Assembly: GCA_963693365.1 (NCBI GenBank)
Contig: CAVNZM010000010.1
Location: 8,247,794-8,311,793, forward strand
Reading direction: 5' to 3'
Source: Amoebidium appalachense
Taxonomy: Eukaryota > Protista > Ichthyosporea
Length of the DNA stretch: 64,000 nucleotides
Of the stretch, positions 20,473 to 52,443 are shown piece after piece. Position 1 is the first letter of the stretch. Every line of letters begins with the position of its first letter. The translations under genes and the position numbers were made by a program. The notes below the pieces were generated by a model that was given only the letters and a program-made list of their open reading frames with translations, was not told the DNA's origin and did not search any database.

Positions 20473-22074
20473 ACACACACACACAAACACACACACACCT
20501 CACTGATGAGATTCAGCCACTTGTCCACAATTTCGTTTGAGGGCACGTCGCCATCATCAAAGCGCCAATCCTGCAATCAGATTCCACATCAGCATATAAT
20601 ATTCCACCCCATATTATTATATGGTATTACCACGTCACCTCAAATATACACGAAATTAAGTTGATATGCACCTTACCACACCATATACACCAATTATAGT
20701 AATAACCCAAATCATCATATGATATGTACCATATATTGCGAACCTGGCATGTCATGTACCATATTTCAGGCAAATTCATCTACCAATCAAATATCTCCAG
20801 ATTATTTAACCCCCCCCCCCCCCCCCCCTTCTACCACGGCCACAGAACTTTGCCTTCCTTCATGTTTCTGGCTTGAACTATCCTCCACACCTGCTACACC
20901 TCCAATCTCTCGATCCCAATTTTGATTCCCAAAAGCAAAGGCCAAAAAGGAGAGGAACAGCCTTCTTTACCCACCCCCCCCCCCCCCCCCCCCCCCCCCA
21001 CACACACACATAATCCGTGTGCCATGTTTTGGGGAAAAAACCCAAAAAAAGGTAGAACATGAAGAAAAAAACCGAAAGAGCCCAAAGGAAGAAGAGCATG
21101 GAGAGAGGGGCGGCACCAAAATGGGCCCGGGGAGGGGGGGGGGGGGGGGGGAGGATCACATACGTGGAAGTGCATGCCAGCGGCAAGCAGTGGCCCGGTC
21201 TGATACTCTGAGAGCAAGCCGTGTCAGATCACAAGCGTTCAGTGAAAAGACAACACCCATGCGCAGGGAGAGGAGAAAGGAGGGAAGGGAGGCCACACCA
21301 CCCCTACCCTATAGTGGACTGGCCTCCAAGCCATATGGAGGCCGAAGTCAAATCACACTTATAAAAATTCAACATGACCTACCTATTAACCCGTCCCTCC
21401 CCCCCCCCCCCCCTCCCCCCCCCTCCTCCCACCCCCCCCTCTCCCCCCCCTCCTCCCACCCCCCCCCCCCCCCCCCTCCCCCCCCTCCTCCACTGCTAAT
21501 ATAATAATATACATGGAAAGCTAGAAAAGCACACAAGGCACTAGAATATTCCCAAGACTGCACGTCCCCCACATAAACAATCCGGGGCTCACGATTGCAC
21601 TTGCAGAAAAATTCACACACATAAGGGTTGGAGGGAGTGAGGGGGGAGGGGGGGGGGGGGGGGGGGAAGGGGTATGACAAAGAAGGAGGGGGGGGGGGGG
21701 GGGGGGGGGGCCAAGGAAGGGAGGGAGGGAGGGGGGAGGGGGGGGGGAGTAGGGGGAGAGGAAGGGGGAGGTAGAAAGGGGGAGAGGGAGAAAGGGGGAG
21801 AGGGGGAGAGGGAGGGGAGACACACAGGTGCCTTCTCCTTCTCTGATCCACTCTTGCACCCACCCCACCCAGCCAGCACACAGCACATACACACATCCAC
21901 CTAATATTAACTGCCGACATCAACATTAGCCGTCTCTTTCTATCCCCCACTCCTCATCGAAGTCTCCTTCAGCCCATATTTGCACATCGACTGTCCAACA
22001 CCAATTAAACGAGGTATGGAGCCCCAGATAAACATCCTGGGCAGGTGAGTTTTTTTTTTTTTTTTTTTTTTTGT

Positions 22075-22115
<41 letters not shown>

Positions 22116-22814
22116 CTTGTACCAGCATCACATGTGCGGACTACGTCAGTGACGTTGTACTTCTGGTATGTCTGCAGGTAGTAGTGCAAATTTGCATCCT
22201 TGGGGGTGTCTGTGACAAGAATGCGCAGGGGTCCATGCTCGATCACGGAGGTGCGCACGTACTGCTGCACCTGCAGGAGGGTGTCTAGGGAGAGCACGTT
22301 GAGGTCGATGCCTGGCCCCGTGTAGCTGGGTTGCTGTGACATGGGGGTTAGGTTGGGTACTAGGGGGATATACATGTAGGTAGATAGTGTGGGTAGTGGA
22401 TAGATGACTTAGTTGGAGGATAGATAGTTTAGTTGGGGGATATATGCTCTAGTTGGTAAGTAGGTAGTCTAGCAGGGGGATAGATACCCTAGCTGGTGAG
22501 TAGGTAATTTTGTTGGTGGATATATAATCCGGTTGGTGGATGAGTGGATAGTCTAAATGATCTGGTTGGATAGACAGATACTTCGATTGGCATGCCAATC
22601 ACAAGTTGTTTGGTCATTGATATGCACGGCTCTATTGTTAGTCGTGTAATTGGCTTGTATTCCAGACGGGAAATCTAGTACTGTTGCTCAATAGATGAAT
22701 GCCTTAAACAGACAGTAGTTGGTAGATCAATATTTAATTGGCAAGAAGACACTATGATTGTTAGATAGTTCATCGAGATCACCCCCCCCCCCCCCTCTCC
22801 CCCTCCTCCCCCCC

Positions 22815-22855
<41 letters not shown>

Positions 22856-24282
22856 CCTAAAAGCACACAAATCAAAGGAGAGTGGGGGAAGGGCGTCCCA
22901 ACACACAAATCAAAGGAGAGAGGGGGAAGGGGCGGGGGGAGGGGGTGGGGGAGACGATGTGGAATGTACAAGCAAAAATGGACAAGAAAAAACGAGAAAC
23001 ATGTGCAACTCAAGCTTTGAGGATTTCAGGGGCACATGAATATAAAAACAACCGTGTTAGCGATTTTGGTGTTTATAAGTAATGATTTTAAAAATTAAAA
23101 TAAAGGCACGTACCAGGCTTGCAATGATGGTCTTAACCTGCTCTAGCTCACTGTCAGGTAATTTGCTGATGCTCAGTGTCAGCTCCCTGAGCTCGTCCTC
23201 GTCCATAAACTGAGCACTGTCAAACTCAACCATGCCAGACGACACCTGGCCCACAGGCCCCTGCATGCAAACAGTGGAACACATGTAAAAGAGCACAGTG
23301 CACCGAGCAGCGAAAAATGAATGTATGAGCACAGAAACGCTCAGGGATTAACAGTGGCCGGTTACGTGAGAGCACGATCTATTACCACAAAGGGGTATAT
23401 CCTAAAAGGAACCCTTTCCCACAAGAGGAGCCGAACGGGGGGGGGGGGAGGGGGGGGGGGGGGGGGGGGGGGGGAATTCAGATCCACTGCAGCACTATGC
23501 ACGTGGCAGGAGGGATTACAGAACGCTAGGCGGAAACTGAATCTGTACGTGTCAACTGTGAAGGCACGAACACAAGACCTCCGAGATGAGAAGATAGCAT
23601 CACCTGATAATTGTAAAGGTGGTGGTGATGGTGTTTTGTGTGTCTGTACAGTGTTGGGGAAGGGGTTGGACGGGGACGGGAGGGGAGGTGGGGGGGGGGG
23701 GAGGGGGGAGGGTGGAGAGGGCAAAAGGCGGCGGGGCGGGGGGGGGGGGGGGGGGGGGGGGGGGGGAGGAAGGTAGTGTGGCAATTACCCGGGCCACCTA
23801 TCACTGAGTGCAGGGTTACCCAAGGAAGCCGAGCGTTTACTTATAAAAACACAGGAAGAGGGGGGGGGGGGAGGGGGGAGAGAGGAGGAGGGGGAGATGT
23901 TGGGCGAACCGGCGCGGGGGGAGTGCGCGAATGCGACGTAGTTCTGAACTGATTTTGGTGACAGGTGGACTTGACAACAACGGAAGAAACAGACTGGCAA
24001 CTTGTGAGAGGGGCTGGATCTAAAGTGCGGAGAAACTGAACTATGCCTGTTTGTGTGTACTTTCTGCGATGTGCATGTGAAATAAAACAGTGTCAATAGG
24101 AGAAAAGGAGGGTATAAGTGACCAAACGACAAGCAGCAGTAACATCGTGTCAAAACATCAAAAAATCGCAGCTGCAGATCCAGCCAGACTCCCTGTGTTA
24201 ATTGACCACTCAAAGCCACTCTGGCACCAACCTTCTTGCCGGGCGTGCTGGACCGTTGGACTGACGTGCCAAGCTCAGGCAT
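18568..24282 (-). CDS. PRL/PTP4A-type protein tyrosine phosphatase with N-terminal BET extra-terminal (ET/NET) domain, ~255 aa, 8 exons
   Basis: Exons 24282-24232 (least certain), 23260-23114, 22333-22123, 21207-21164, 20570-20499, 20126-20065, 19401-19269 and 18615-18568 are all phase-consistent. PRL motifs: RILVTDTP, VVRTC, DWRFDDGDVP, VAVHCAAGLGRAP, IRENRRGAINKKQLDYI. N-terminal MDEDELRELTLSISKLPDSELEQVKTII...IDLNVLSLDTLLQVQQYV is ET-like. Confidence 0.88.
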
Positions 24283-24647
24283 CAGTTTAGGTGGCCTGCG
24301 GCTAGCGCTCTGCAAAAAATACGAAAGAAGGAAGAGGGAAATGGGGCAGTAGTTCCGGCCCACAGAAACACGAGCATGCGTACAGTACGAGGTAGCAGAA
24401 AGTCGGCAGAAAATGCCTGTAAAAATGGAGGCAAGAAAATGATGCTGCACACAAAAATACAGGTGTAGCCTCTGTTATTTGTGTGACAAGATGCACTAAT
24501 TCGTTCTATTTCGTTCACCTAAAAAGACGTTACGTAAACATTGGCCTCAAGGGCCAACACGCTAACATAACGGTACAAGGTTGCTGACATTACTGACCGC
24601 AGCTGTGGACAGCTCAGTCAGGCGTTTTGAATGTTTCAGTCGTGACG

Positions 24648-24655
24648 TGACGTCA
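24648..24655. promoter_or_regulatory. CRE/ATF palindrome TGACGTCA upstream of the ET-PRL gene
   Basis: Perfect TGACGTCA within GTGACGTGACGTCAC, ~370 bp upstream of the predicted ATG, in microsatellite-free sequence. Function is inferred only. Confidence 0.35.
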
Positions 24656-25167
24656 CCAACTATTTGGCTCTCATGAGAGAGCGCGGCAAATTGCTTTCTG
24701 TAGATCAATTTACCGTCATCTCGTTTTTCCCTGTTCAGTGTATATCATATGAATCAATGAGTAGCACTAGTTGTAGTTCTCTTGTATACTAAATATTATC
24801 AGTACCTCCAATAAAAAAATACCATTAGTATATTATACACCTTTGAAAATACCCATGAGTCAGGATCGCCCGCACCTTCCTGCTGCTGCTGCTGCACCGG
24901 GCCAATGCAAATGTTCAGCACTCCTCATCACAGCTGCCACTTTTCACCAATCATATGAAGGCACGAATCCACAAGATCTACACAGATCTAAGTGCAGTCA
25001 CAACAGTACACACACATGTCTCACAGAGCGATCGAACCTGCATCACACGAGCCTGCATCGAGCCTGCATCACACGAGCCTGCATCACACATCACACATGC
25101 AAGGGTTGCAAAGTTGAGGGTGTAAGTGTACCGCATGCACAGACAAGCCGTGGCAGTTGCTCGCTAC

Positions 25168-25248
25168 ATGAGACCGGTATTGTTTATCACAGGCTGTTCA
25201 GTTAGGATGAGACCGGTATTGTTAATTACAGGCTGTTCAGTTAGGATT
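25168..25248. repeat. 39-bp direct tandem duplication (2 copies)
   Basis: atgagaccggtattgtt..t.acaggctgttcagttagg starts at 25168 and again at 25207. Confidence 0.85.
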
Positions 25249-25404
25249 ACTCGTTTAGCCTTCTCGTAGACCTTTGTTGAGAACTTGCCTACTACCCATT
25301 CCGGCGCAAGCAAGACTGGACGAGTGTGAAACAGAGTGTACACACCAGATCCTCGCTCAAGGCAAATCAGCATCAAAAATGGAGTAATTATAACATTCAA
25401 TAAA

Positions 25405-25590
25405 AAGGTGACGGTGGGTGATTGGGAGAACGGGAAGGTACACTTTAAGTGCGCATACCCCCCTCCCCCCCTCCCCTTCCCCTCCCCCCCCCCCCCCCCC
25501 CCCCCCCCCCCCGAAGGTGACGGTGGGTTAATGGGAGGAGGGGAAGGTACACTTTAAGTGCGCATACCCCCCTGCCCCCCTCCCCTTCCT
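25405..25590. repeat. ~110-bp imperfect tandem duplication
   Basis: aaggtgacggtgggt...gggaaggtacactttaagtgcgcataccccct occurs at ~25405 and ~25515. Confidence 0.75.
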
Positions 25591-26165
25591 CCCCCCAAAA
25601 CACACACACCCAGTAGCTATATGGCTATATACTAGCCCGCCACGTCCCCTCACCATCTAACCATATGACCATTTAGGACTTGTCCGTCTCTCCCCCCATT
25701 CCCACCTACTACCATCTGCGGTTGTGGGTCCCCCGCCCCCCTCCTCCCCCCTCCCCCCCAAACCCAAACCACCCACAAACTTTTAAAATTTCTTCATGTG
25801 ATTAAATTTCTGCCAAGTTTCACTGTGTTTCCATTTTATGGGGGGCAACTCCATCAAAATCGACATCCACCTTTGTGTGCGAGATTCCGAAAGGACAGTG
25901 GATGATGTGTATGATGGTGGGCAACTCTGGCGCATACGCATGTGGCATGGCTATACACGGAGCTATGGTGTGCGAATTCGTGGATCCATTCATGTTTGAA
26001 TTTGTGTGTGTTACAATGTGAACACTATATGCTGGTGCGTATTGTTCTCTCTCTCTTTCTCTCCCTCCCTCTCTCCTTCTCTCTCTCTCTAGACTCTCTC
26101 TCTCACTCTCTCTCCCTCTCTCCCCCCCCTCTCTCTCTCTTTCTCTCTCCCCCCCCCCCCTCTCT

Positions 26166-26210
<45 letters not shown>

Positions 26211-26646
26211 CCTGAATCTCTCTCCCCCCTCCGGCTCCCTCCCTCCATCCCTCTCTCTCTCCATTCCTTTCTCTCTCTCTCTCCCCCCCCCACCCCCCCG
26301 TCCACTTCCCTCCCTCCATCCCTGTCTCTCTCTCTCTCTTTCTCTCTCTATCTCTATCTATCTCTTTCCCCTCTCCCACTATCTAACTCCCTATCTCTCT
26401 CTCTCTCTCCCCCTGTGTGTGTGCGCGCGCGTGTGTGTGTGCGTATGCGCATGTTGGCTTGTTCACATTGCGTATTTGTGGGTGCACCATTGCCATGTCT
26501 TTGTGTGTTTGTGTTTGTGTGTGTGTGTGCGCGCGCGCGTGTGTGTGTTATGTGTGTGTGTGCTGTTTGTACAACTCTCACGTTTGTTTGTGTGTGCTTA
26601 TTGTGTGCCAGATGTACCGTACTAGGCTGTATATGTGCCGTGTTCC

Positions 26647-26716
<70 letters not shown>

Positions 26717-27384
26717 GGGGGGGGGGGGGGGGGGGGGGGGGATGGATTTGATTCTGCCATCGTACCGCAGTCTACAAAGGTGTGTGCAGTGTGTATCACA
26801 GTGTTTCACTCTGGGTGTTTGCACGCACATGTGTGTGTGTGTGTGTGTTTGTGTGTGTCCGAGTGTACCCATGCACATGCACATTTGAGAGTACGCTTGT
26901 GTATGCACGCCCGTGTGTGAGCATGTGTGTGAGATACCGTGTGCCTTTTCCATGTGTGCGTAAGTGTGGACGGTCCATGTGGTGCTGTAAGAGTCAAGGT
27001 GCACGTGTGTACACGTACTGTGTGTGTGTGTCTGCGTGCGTGCAGGTAACCGCGCATGCGCACATGTGTATGCTTGTGCCTTGCTGCTCTTGTTTCTTTC
27101 TCCCTCCATTCTTTCTTTCTTTCTTTCTTTTTCCTTTCTTTCTTTCTTTCCTTCTTTCTTTCCTTTCTTTCTTTCTTCTTTATTCTTTTTCCTTCCTTTC
27201 TTGCCTTTCTTTGGAATTTTTTCTTTTTTTGTCTTCTTCCTTTGCCGCTTAAGTTCTTTTTTTTCCCCCTTTTGAATTCTTTTATTTCTTTGTTTTTCGG
27301 TTTACCTTCACCTTTTCCCTTCTTTTCTTTCCTTTATTTATTTCTTTCTTTCTTTTTCTTTCCTTATTTCTTTCTTTCTTTCTT

Positions 27385-27415
<31 letters not shown>

Positions 27416-27683
27416 GGGGGGATTTTTCCAGGCGAATGCTTTTGTGTGCACAAACTTCAAGATGATTTCATTTAGCACAAATAGCAGTTAATTGGGCAAA
27501 TTTATTATTTAATGCACATGAATTTCTGCACAACCGTGAAAAGAACACAAACATAAAAAATCACTGAGATCATCATGTTAGAGGATGGGCCTGCCTGCAG
27601 ACCTCTGTTGACATAGAAGATCAAGATATATCACGTTATAACAATCACTGTACATAATCGTGAAGCTTTTATTACTTTTTTGT

Positions 27684-28478
27684 TTACAGGAGCTCAGGGT
27701 GGCACAATGTGCTGTTCTGCAGTGTGAATCTCTCCTCATCCTCGCAATATTTATCGCACGCCTCCACTGTCATGTTGCACGACAGCACGTTGGCCTCAGA
27801 CGCACACCAGAACGATGGGCCGTTGGTGCACGAGTTTGTGCCAACTAAGGTGGAAATGATGGGCTCACAGATAGGACTGTTGGTGAGTGTGGTGTACTCC
27901 TCTGTGTTGTTGCAGTATTTCTCGCATTCGTCCGTGGTGAAGTTGCACCGGTCGGCATTAGCAAAGGACGAGCACCAGAAAGATGGTCCCCATGTGCAAG
28001 GGTTTTGACCAAGGGGATTGCAAATATCGCTGTCACTAATGTTGAAGCTGAGAGACTCTGACACATTTGTATCGCAATACTTGAAACACTCCGCCGTGCT
28101 GACATTGCACAGAGCCGCATTTTCCCTCGACTGGCACCAAAACGAGGGACCCCATGTGCAGTTGTTGTTGCCAACAATGGGGGTTAGTGTGGAGCACAGC
28201 GTGCCATTCTGCAGTTCGGGGTATGCGTCATTGTTGTTGCAATACTTCTGGCATTCGTCTACTTCAAGACCGCACTCCGCGGCGTTCTCGTTAGAGGCAC
28301 ACCAATATGAGGGTCCCCATGTGCATGGTTTATTCCCCCCAACGAAGTCACCTCCGTCCAAGGTGTTCTCCGAAACTGACTCTACGACGACTTCAGGTGC
28401 GCGATCGCCTGTAATGGGCGCAGCACTAGCGATGGCTGCGGCAGAGAGAACGATGGAAATAACTGTTGATAGAGCCAT
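27684..28478 (-). CDS. Secreted intronless protein with four saposin A-type (SapA) domains, 264 aa
   Basis: Clean ORF with signal peptide MALSTVISIVLSAAAIASA, four repeats of CT(W/N)GPS(Y/F)WCxSxxNxxxC...(E/A)CxKYC, and many N-glycosylation sequons. A TATA box lies upstream. Confidence 0.9.
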   Translation of the reverse strand: MALSTVISIVLSAAAIASAAPITGDRAPEVVVESVSENTLDGGDFVGGNKPCTWGPSYWCASNENAAECGLEVDECQKYCNNNDAYPELQNGTLCSTLTPIVGNNNCTWGPSFWCQSRENAALCNVSTAECFKYCDTNVSESLSFNISDSDICNPLGQNPCTWGPSFWCSSFANADRCNFTTDECEKYCNNTEEYTTLTNSPICEPIISTLVGTNSCTNGPSFWCASEANVLSCNMTVEACDKYCEDEERFTLQNSTLCHPELL

Positions 28479-28585
28479 TGTGAATGTTTGTTCGAGTAGT
28501 GGTGGTTTTTGTTTAGTTCAATGAGAGATGGGAAGGAAACTGCGCATGGGATGGACTGACTGATCAATTTTTGATGAGCGGTCTG

Positions 28586-28628
28586 CTTTTATAGGGCCAT
28601 GTCCAATGTCAATTTTTACTAGCCAATC
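28586..28628 (-). promoter_or_regulatory. TATA box and CCAAT boxes of the SapA gene
   Basis: Minus-strand TATAAAAG at 28593-28586, ~110 bp upstream of the ATG; AGCCAATC motifs at ~28622 and ~28658. Confidence 0.55.
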
Positions 28629-29473
28629 AGCGATGACTATTTGTTTCCAGTTTCGAAAGCCAATCGTATGAATCTTATACTAGCTTTATTTGGCTTGACG
28701 ATCTTCTCAGGCAGCCGCCGGGGAACTTCCGAATCCACACCATAACTTCAGTGAACACAGAACTAACACTATCAGCCGCATTTACTAGTAACAATAAACA
28801 CTTCTTGTAAATATGACTCTCTTTATTTCTTCTTAAGGGATTTCTTATAGGGTTTCCTTTTCAGTTTGGCTTATTGTATGCACCTGTAACTGTTGTGGTC
28901 TTTCATGAAAACGTCATCTTCAGAGTAGTCTTCCTAAACTAACGTAGTCTTAGTTCTGAAAGGTCATCAGAACATCTGAAATGACCCATCACAGCACTTT
29001 ACACTGACAGTATCAGATATGTCTGAGATGTCATTGAGATATTGAAAATTTCTTAATTACTATCATCTATAACAATTTTGAATAGAATATAAAGATCTGA
29101 TACAATATACTTATGACATCATTAGAAAAGCAGAACTTTCAATACAGTTCAAAGACTTTGAAAAAAAATTCTTTTGACTGGATTTATTCGACGGAAAGAT
29201 TTTTTTTCTTTTTTCTTTTGACTGGATTTATTCGACGGAAAGATATGCAAGTATGCACGGCATCATGGCTGAGAAGACAGTAAAACGGAAAGATATGCTT
29301 TGAAATTTAGATTATGCCCCAGAAATTGAGTGTTGGGGGACCACACCTTGGCAAATGTCGATGGATTTGATTGGCTTCATGAATTCGTAAAAACATGATT
29401 GGTGGACGTAGGGGCCAATAGATTGCAAAACGTTACTGATTGGTGATTGTTTCCGTTGTATAGGTCCGCCGAC

Positions 29474-29934
29474 CAGGGCAGGCCCTCAGGGCGAACAATG
29501 CACCCCTATAGGCTATAGGGCTGTTATGGCTCGGCTAGCCAGCCGGCAAGCCAGCCGGAATCCTCCTCAGCCGAGCCGCGCTGAAATCGTTCCGGAAGGC
29601 GGCTTGTCTGGAATCCCCCCAACCCTTCTCCCAAGCGTGGGCTATCCCACAGTCTACCAATCATAAAGGTCAATGATTGTTTATATAAAGGCTCTAAAGA
29701 TTAATTCTACAGGCGGAATTGAATCAGGATTATGACTAATAGTAATTGGTTCAGTTTTATTAGAAAATATAGAAACTTTAAAAAACTAAATTGCAATTTT
29801 ATACCTGAAAAATATAATTTAATATAAAATAATCGGTATTTTAAATTTTTCAACGTCCAGCCGACTCGAGCCGGCTAGCCAGCTGCGATGGAGGGTTTAG
29901 CCAGCTGAGCCAGACTAAAGGCTTAACAGCCCTG
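29474..29934. mobile_element. Non-autonomous hAT-type DNA transposon (MITE), 461 bp
   Basis: Starts CAGGGC and ends GCCCTG, flanked by a perfect 8-bp direct repeat CCGCCGAC (29466-29473 and 29935-29942). Subterminal repeated GCCAGC/GCCGGC motifs and an AT-rich core. An 8-bp TSD with CAGGG termini is typical of hAT elements. Confidence 0.8.
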
Positions 29935-30023
29935 CCGCCGACGCACCGTACGCGTTATTGTAGCCTTCATTCATTCCGATGGTGTCCTGGGCTTATACAT
30001 CTGTGCCACGGTGTGTTTGTGCT

Positions 30024-30137
<114 letters not shown>

Positions 30138-30379
30138 CGCGCCCGTGTGTGTGTGTGTGTGTGCACGTGTATGTGTGCGTGTGTGTGTACCTGTGTGTGT
30201 ATGTGTGTGAGTGTGAGTGTGTGTGTGTGTACATGTGTTTGTGTGTGTGTACACATGTGTGTGTACGTGTGTGTGTGTATATGCGTGCGTGCACGTGGGT
30301 GCTTGTGCATGTGCTGTGCATGTGCGTGTACATGTGTGCGTGTGTGTGCGTATGTGCGTGTGGTACGTGTACATGCATG

Positions 30380-30486
<107 letters not shown>

Positions 30487-30582
30487 GCTCTCTCAGATCC
30501 CTCTCACTCTCTATCTGACCCCCCGTCCCCGGCCCCTCCCCACTCTACATATGTATCATACAGTATCAATTTAGCCGATTCA

Positions 30583-30617
<35 letters not shown>

Positions 30618-31248
30618 AAAAAAAGGGGGGGGGGGAAGAATAATTACGGAGAGGATGGTTGCTATGGTTCAGATGACAGCTGCTGCATAATTATAACTGA
30701 GTTATCGAATATATAATTAATCATAATATATAAATATTTCTTATAAAAAAGGTAGGTTTTGCATGTCCTCGGAGTCGGTCGCAGCCTAGCTAATTAGGCC
30801 TTGTGGGCACAGCCGGGTTTGACAATTCACCTCGACACTAAAGGCCAAACTTACTCAGGGCAAAATTCTAGGCACACACGATTTGAATTCTCTAGAAGCA
30901 CCACACAATAAAAAAGTTCTGCTGCCCGCCTTCTGGGCACTGCCAATACTTGCTCCCTCCGAGCTCTAGTTTCTTTTCTTTCCCCTCCCCCCCTCCCCCC
31001 TCCCCCCCTCCGGATCCCCACCCCCCCCCTCTTCCATACCTCCTCCTCCCCCTCTCCCCAATACTCCCCCCCCCCCCCTCCTCCCCCCCCCCCCACCACC
31101 ACCACCACCCACCCACCCACGCACCCACGCACCCACGCACCCACGCACTCACCACCACCACCAAAACAGAACCCAAAAAAAAAAGAAAAAAAAGGGGGGG
31201 GATTAGGATTAAGTCTCAGAGACAACTGGCTCACTGAGACCCCGCCAG

Positions 31249-31310
31249 TTTGGCGCCAAAATCAAGCCAACCCAATCAGAAAACTAAGCCACAGTGGCTC
31301 ACCAATAGGA
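31249..31310 (+). promoter_or_regulatory. Palindromic E2F site plus CCAAT boxes upstream of the POLG-like gene
   Basis: TTTGGCGCCAAA at 31249-31260, followed by CCAATC (~31272) and CCAATA (~31302), ~500-560 bp upstream of ATG 31811. Confidence 0.45.
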
Positions 31311-31810
31311 AAAGGCCAAGAAACTGAACAAGGTGCCAGGTGAACTCTCATGTCCCAACAACTCTAACCCTGCCACGTTCACCCCAAACATTGGGACCGT
31401 TGAGGGCCTGGGTAAAGAGAATACATCGCATGCATGGGCTGATGAAACGCTGACATGCAGGGAGAACGAGCACATCATGCTAGTTGTGACTTTGAACGTA
31501 GAGAACAGATGTTACGGAGGAGGCACGTGTCTTTGCCGTATGTTTGCGAGGAGCTAGGTACCTACCTTCAATTAATCCCTCCCACGACACTGTACCCATG
31601 TTTTCTTGATGCTATTCAGCATTTTTTCCTTGCTAATAAAGTCTCGACTAATAATCCACTCGCAAAACCTGGAGAGGGGGGGGGAGGGGGCGCTCGCACC
31701 AGAGCCGCCGCGGCACTTGTACAGGCACTCACAATCGACACCCCTACTGGCCCCCCCACACGTTCAATTCTACCCACAAGGGCCCTACCCCTTGTAGGGG
31801 CACTGCCACC

Positions 31811-51198
<19,388 letters not shown>

Positions 51199-51411
51199 GA
51201 CATAGCACCAAGCAAACAGGGTTAGGAACACGCGAGGCGAAATCTAAGGAGAAGCAGAGTTTGGAAAGAAAGAGCGGTATCACGAAGAATACGGGGGTGC
51301 TTGAGCATAATTGGGAAGTGAAAAACAAGGAACCACGGAATTCTGGATGAAATCGAGGGGAGAGTAAACCAGGGGGAAGCTTGATTCCTGAAAAACGAAA
51401 AAAAAAAAAAA

Positions 51412-51456
<45 letters not shown>

Positions 51457-52164
51457 TAAAAGATTCTGGAAACATGAGAGGGAGCACCGTCGGAGTTGAA
51501 AAAATGAGGAAGGAAGAAAAAGAAAAAAACCAGAGGGGCGCAGGTGGCAGGGACACCCGAGAAGGCCCGGGCAGCACCAATCTCAAAGAAACTTTGGCAA
51601 CCGAAAAGACAGAAACCGGCAGAAACCAGAAACCAGAACCTTATCGGAAGGAAAAAGCACGCACGAACACACGGAGTTAGCCTGAGGAGAGAAGGGACGC
51701 AGAGGAGGGGTTGGGTGGGTGGGGACTTTGCTCGAAGAATACTTGAGCTACTCCATTGCAGCACACATACAATTGTTGCAACATTCTATCTCTGACTTTT
51801 GGCTCCTCCCCCCAGCTGGTAACTGCATGCTAACCTCCCCCCCCCCGCCTCCCACCCCCGGCCCACGTTTCAAAACCAAGATTTCCTTGATAGGCGACTA
51901 TATTAGATTTATTCTTAGTACTTAGTTAATTAACTATGAGAAGTTTTGTGGATTACATGCTGAACCATTGACCACCGTGTATAGAGAGTGTTCAAGATTA
52001 TACGATTGTCGTTGTAACTTTGCTTCCTGTCCAATGATCATCCCCTTCAAGAATAGTGGTTCCTATTTGTATACCTTCATCTCGGGATATCTGTGATATC
52101 TCGCACCTTTTATTATTGGATAATAAAGGACCTTTTTTTTTTTTTTTTTAAAAAAAAGGGAACA

Positions 52165-52412
52165 ATGCAGGCCAACCGCCAGGTGGGGCTCTTGTCCCCA
52201 CCCCCGTTTGCTCTCTGCTGCACGCACACAACCCCGACGTGACGAACAGTGTCACTGTTACAGTCACACAAATGTAGGTGAGAAGAACAGTTTTTTTTTG
52301 TTTTTGTTTTTTTTTAGTTTTCTTTTTGCCCCTCCCCACCTGGCAAAAAAGGTGTTGGGTGGGTGGAAAAATTTTCACGTCTAATAGGTTGAATAACTTT
52401 CAGATATGCCCC

Positions 52413-52443
<31 letters not shown>

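Noticed and set aside
23548-23603. Candidate extra exon of the ET-PRL gene
   Set aside because: Its apparent donor gives a phase incompatible with the next exon, and direct joining of the flanking exons is in frame.
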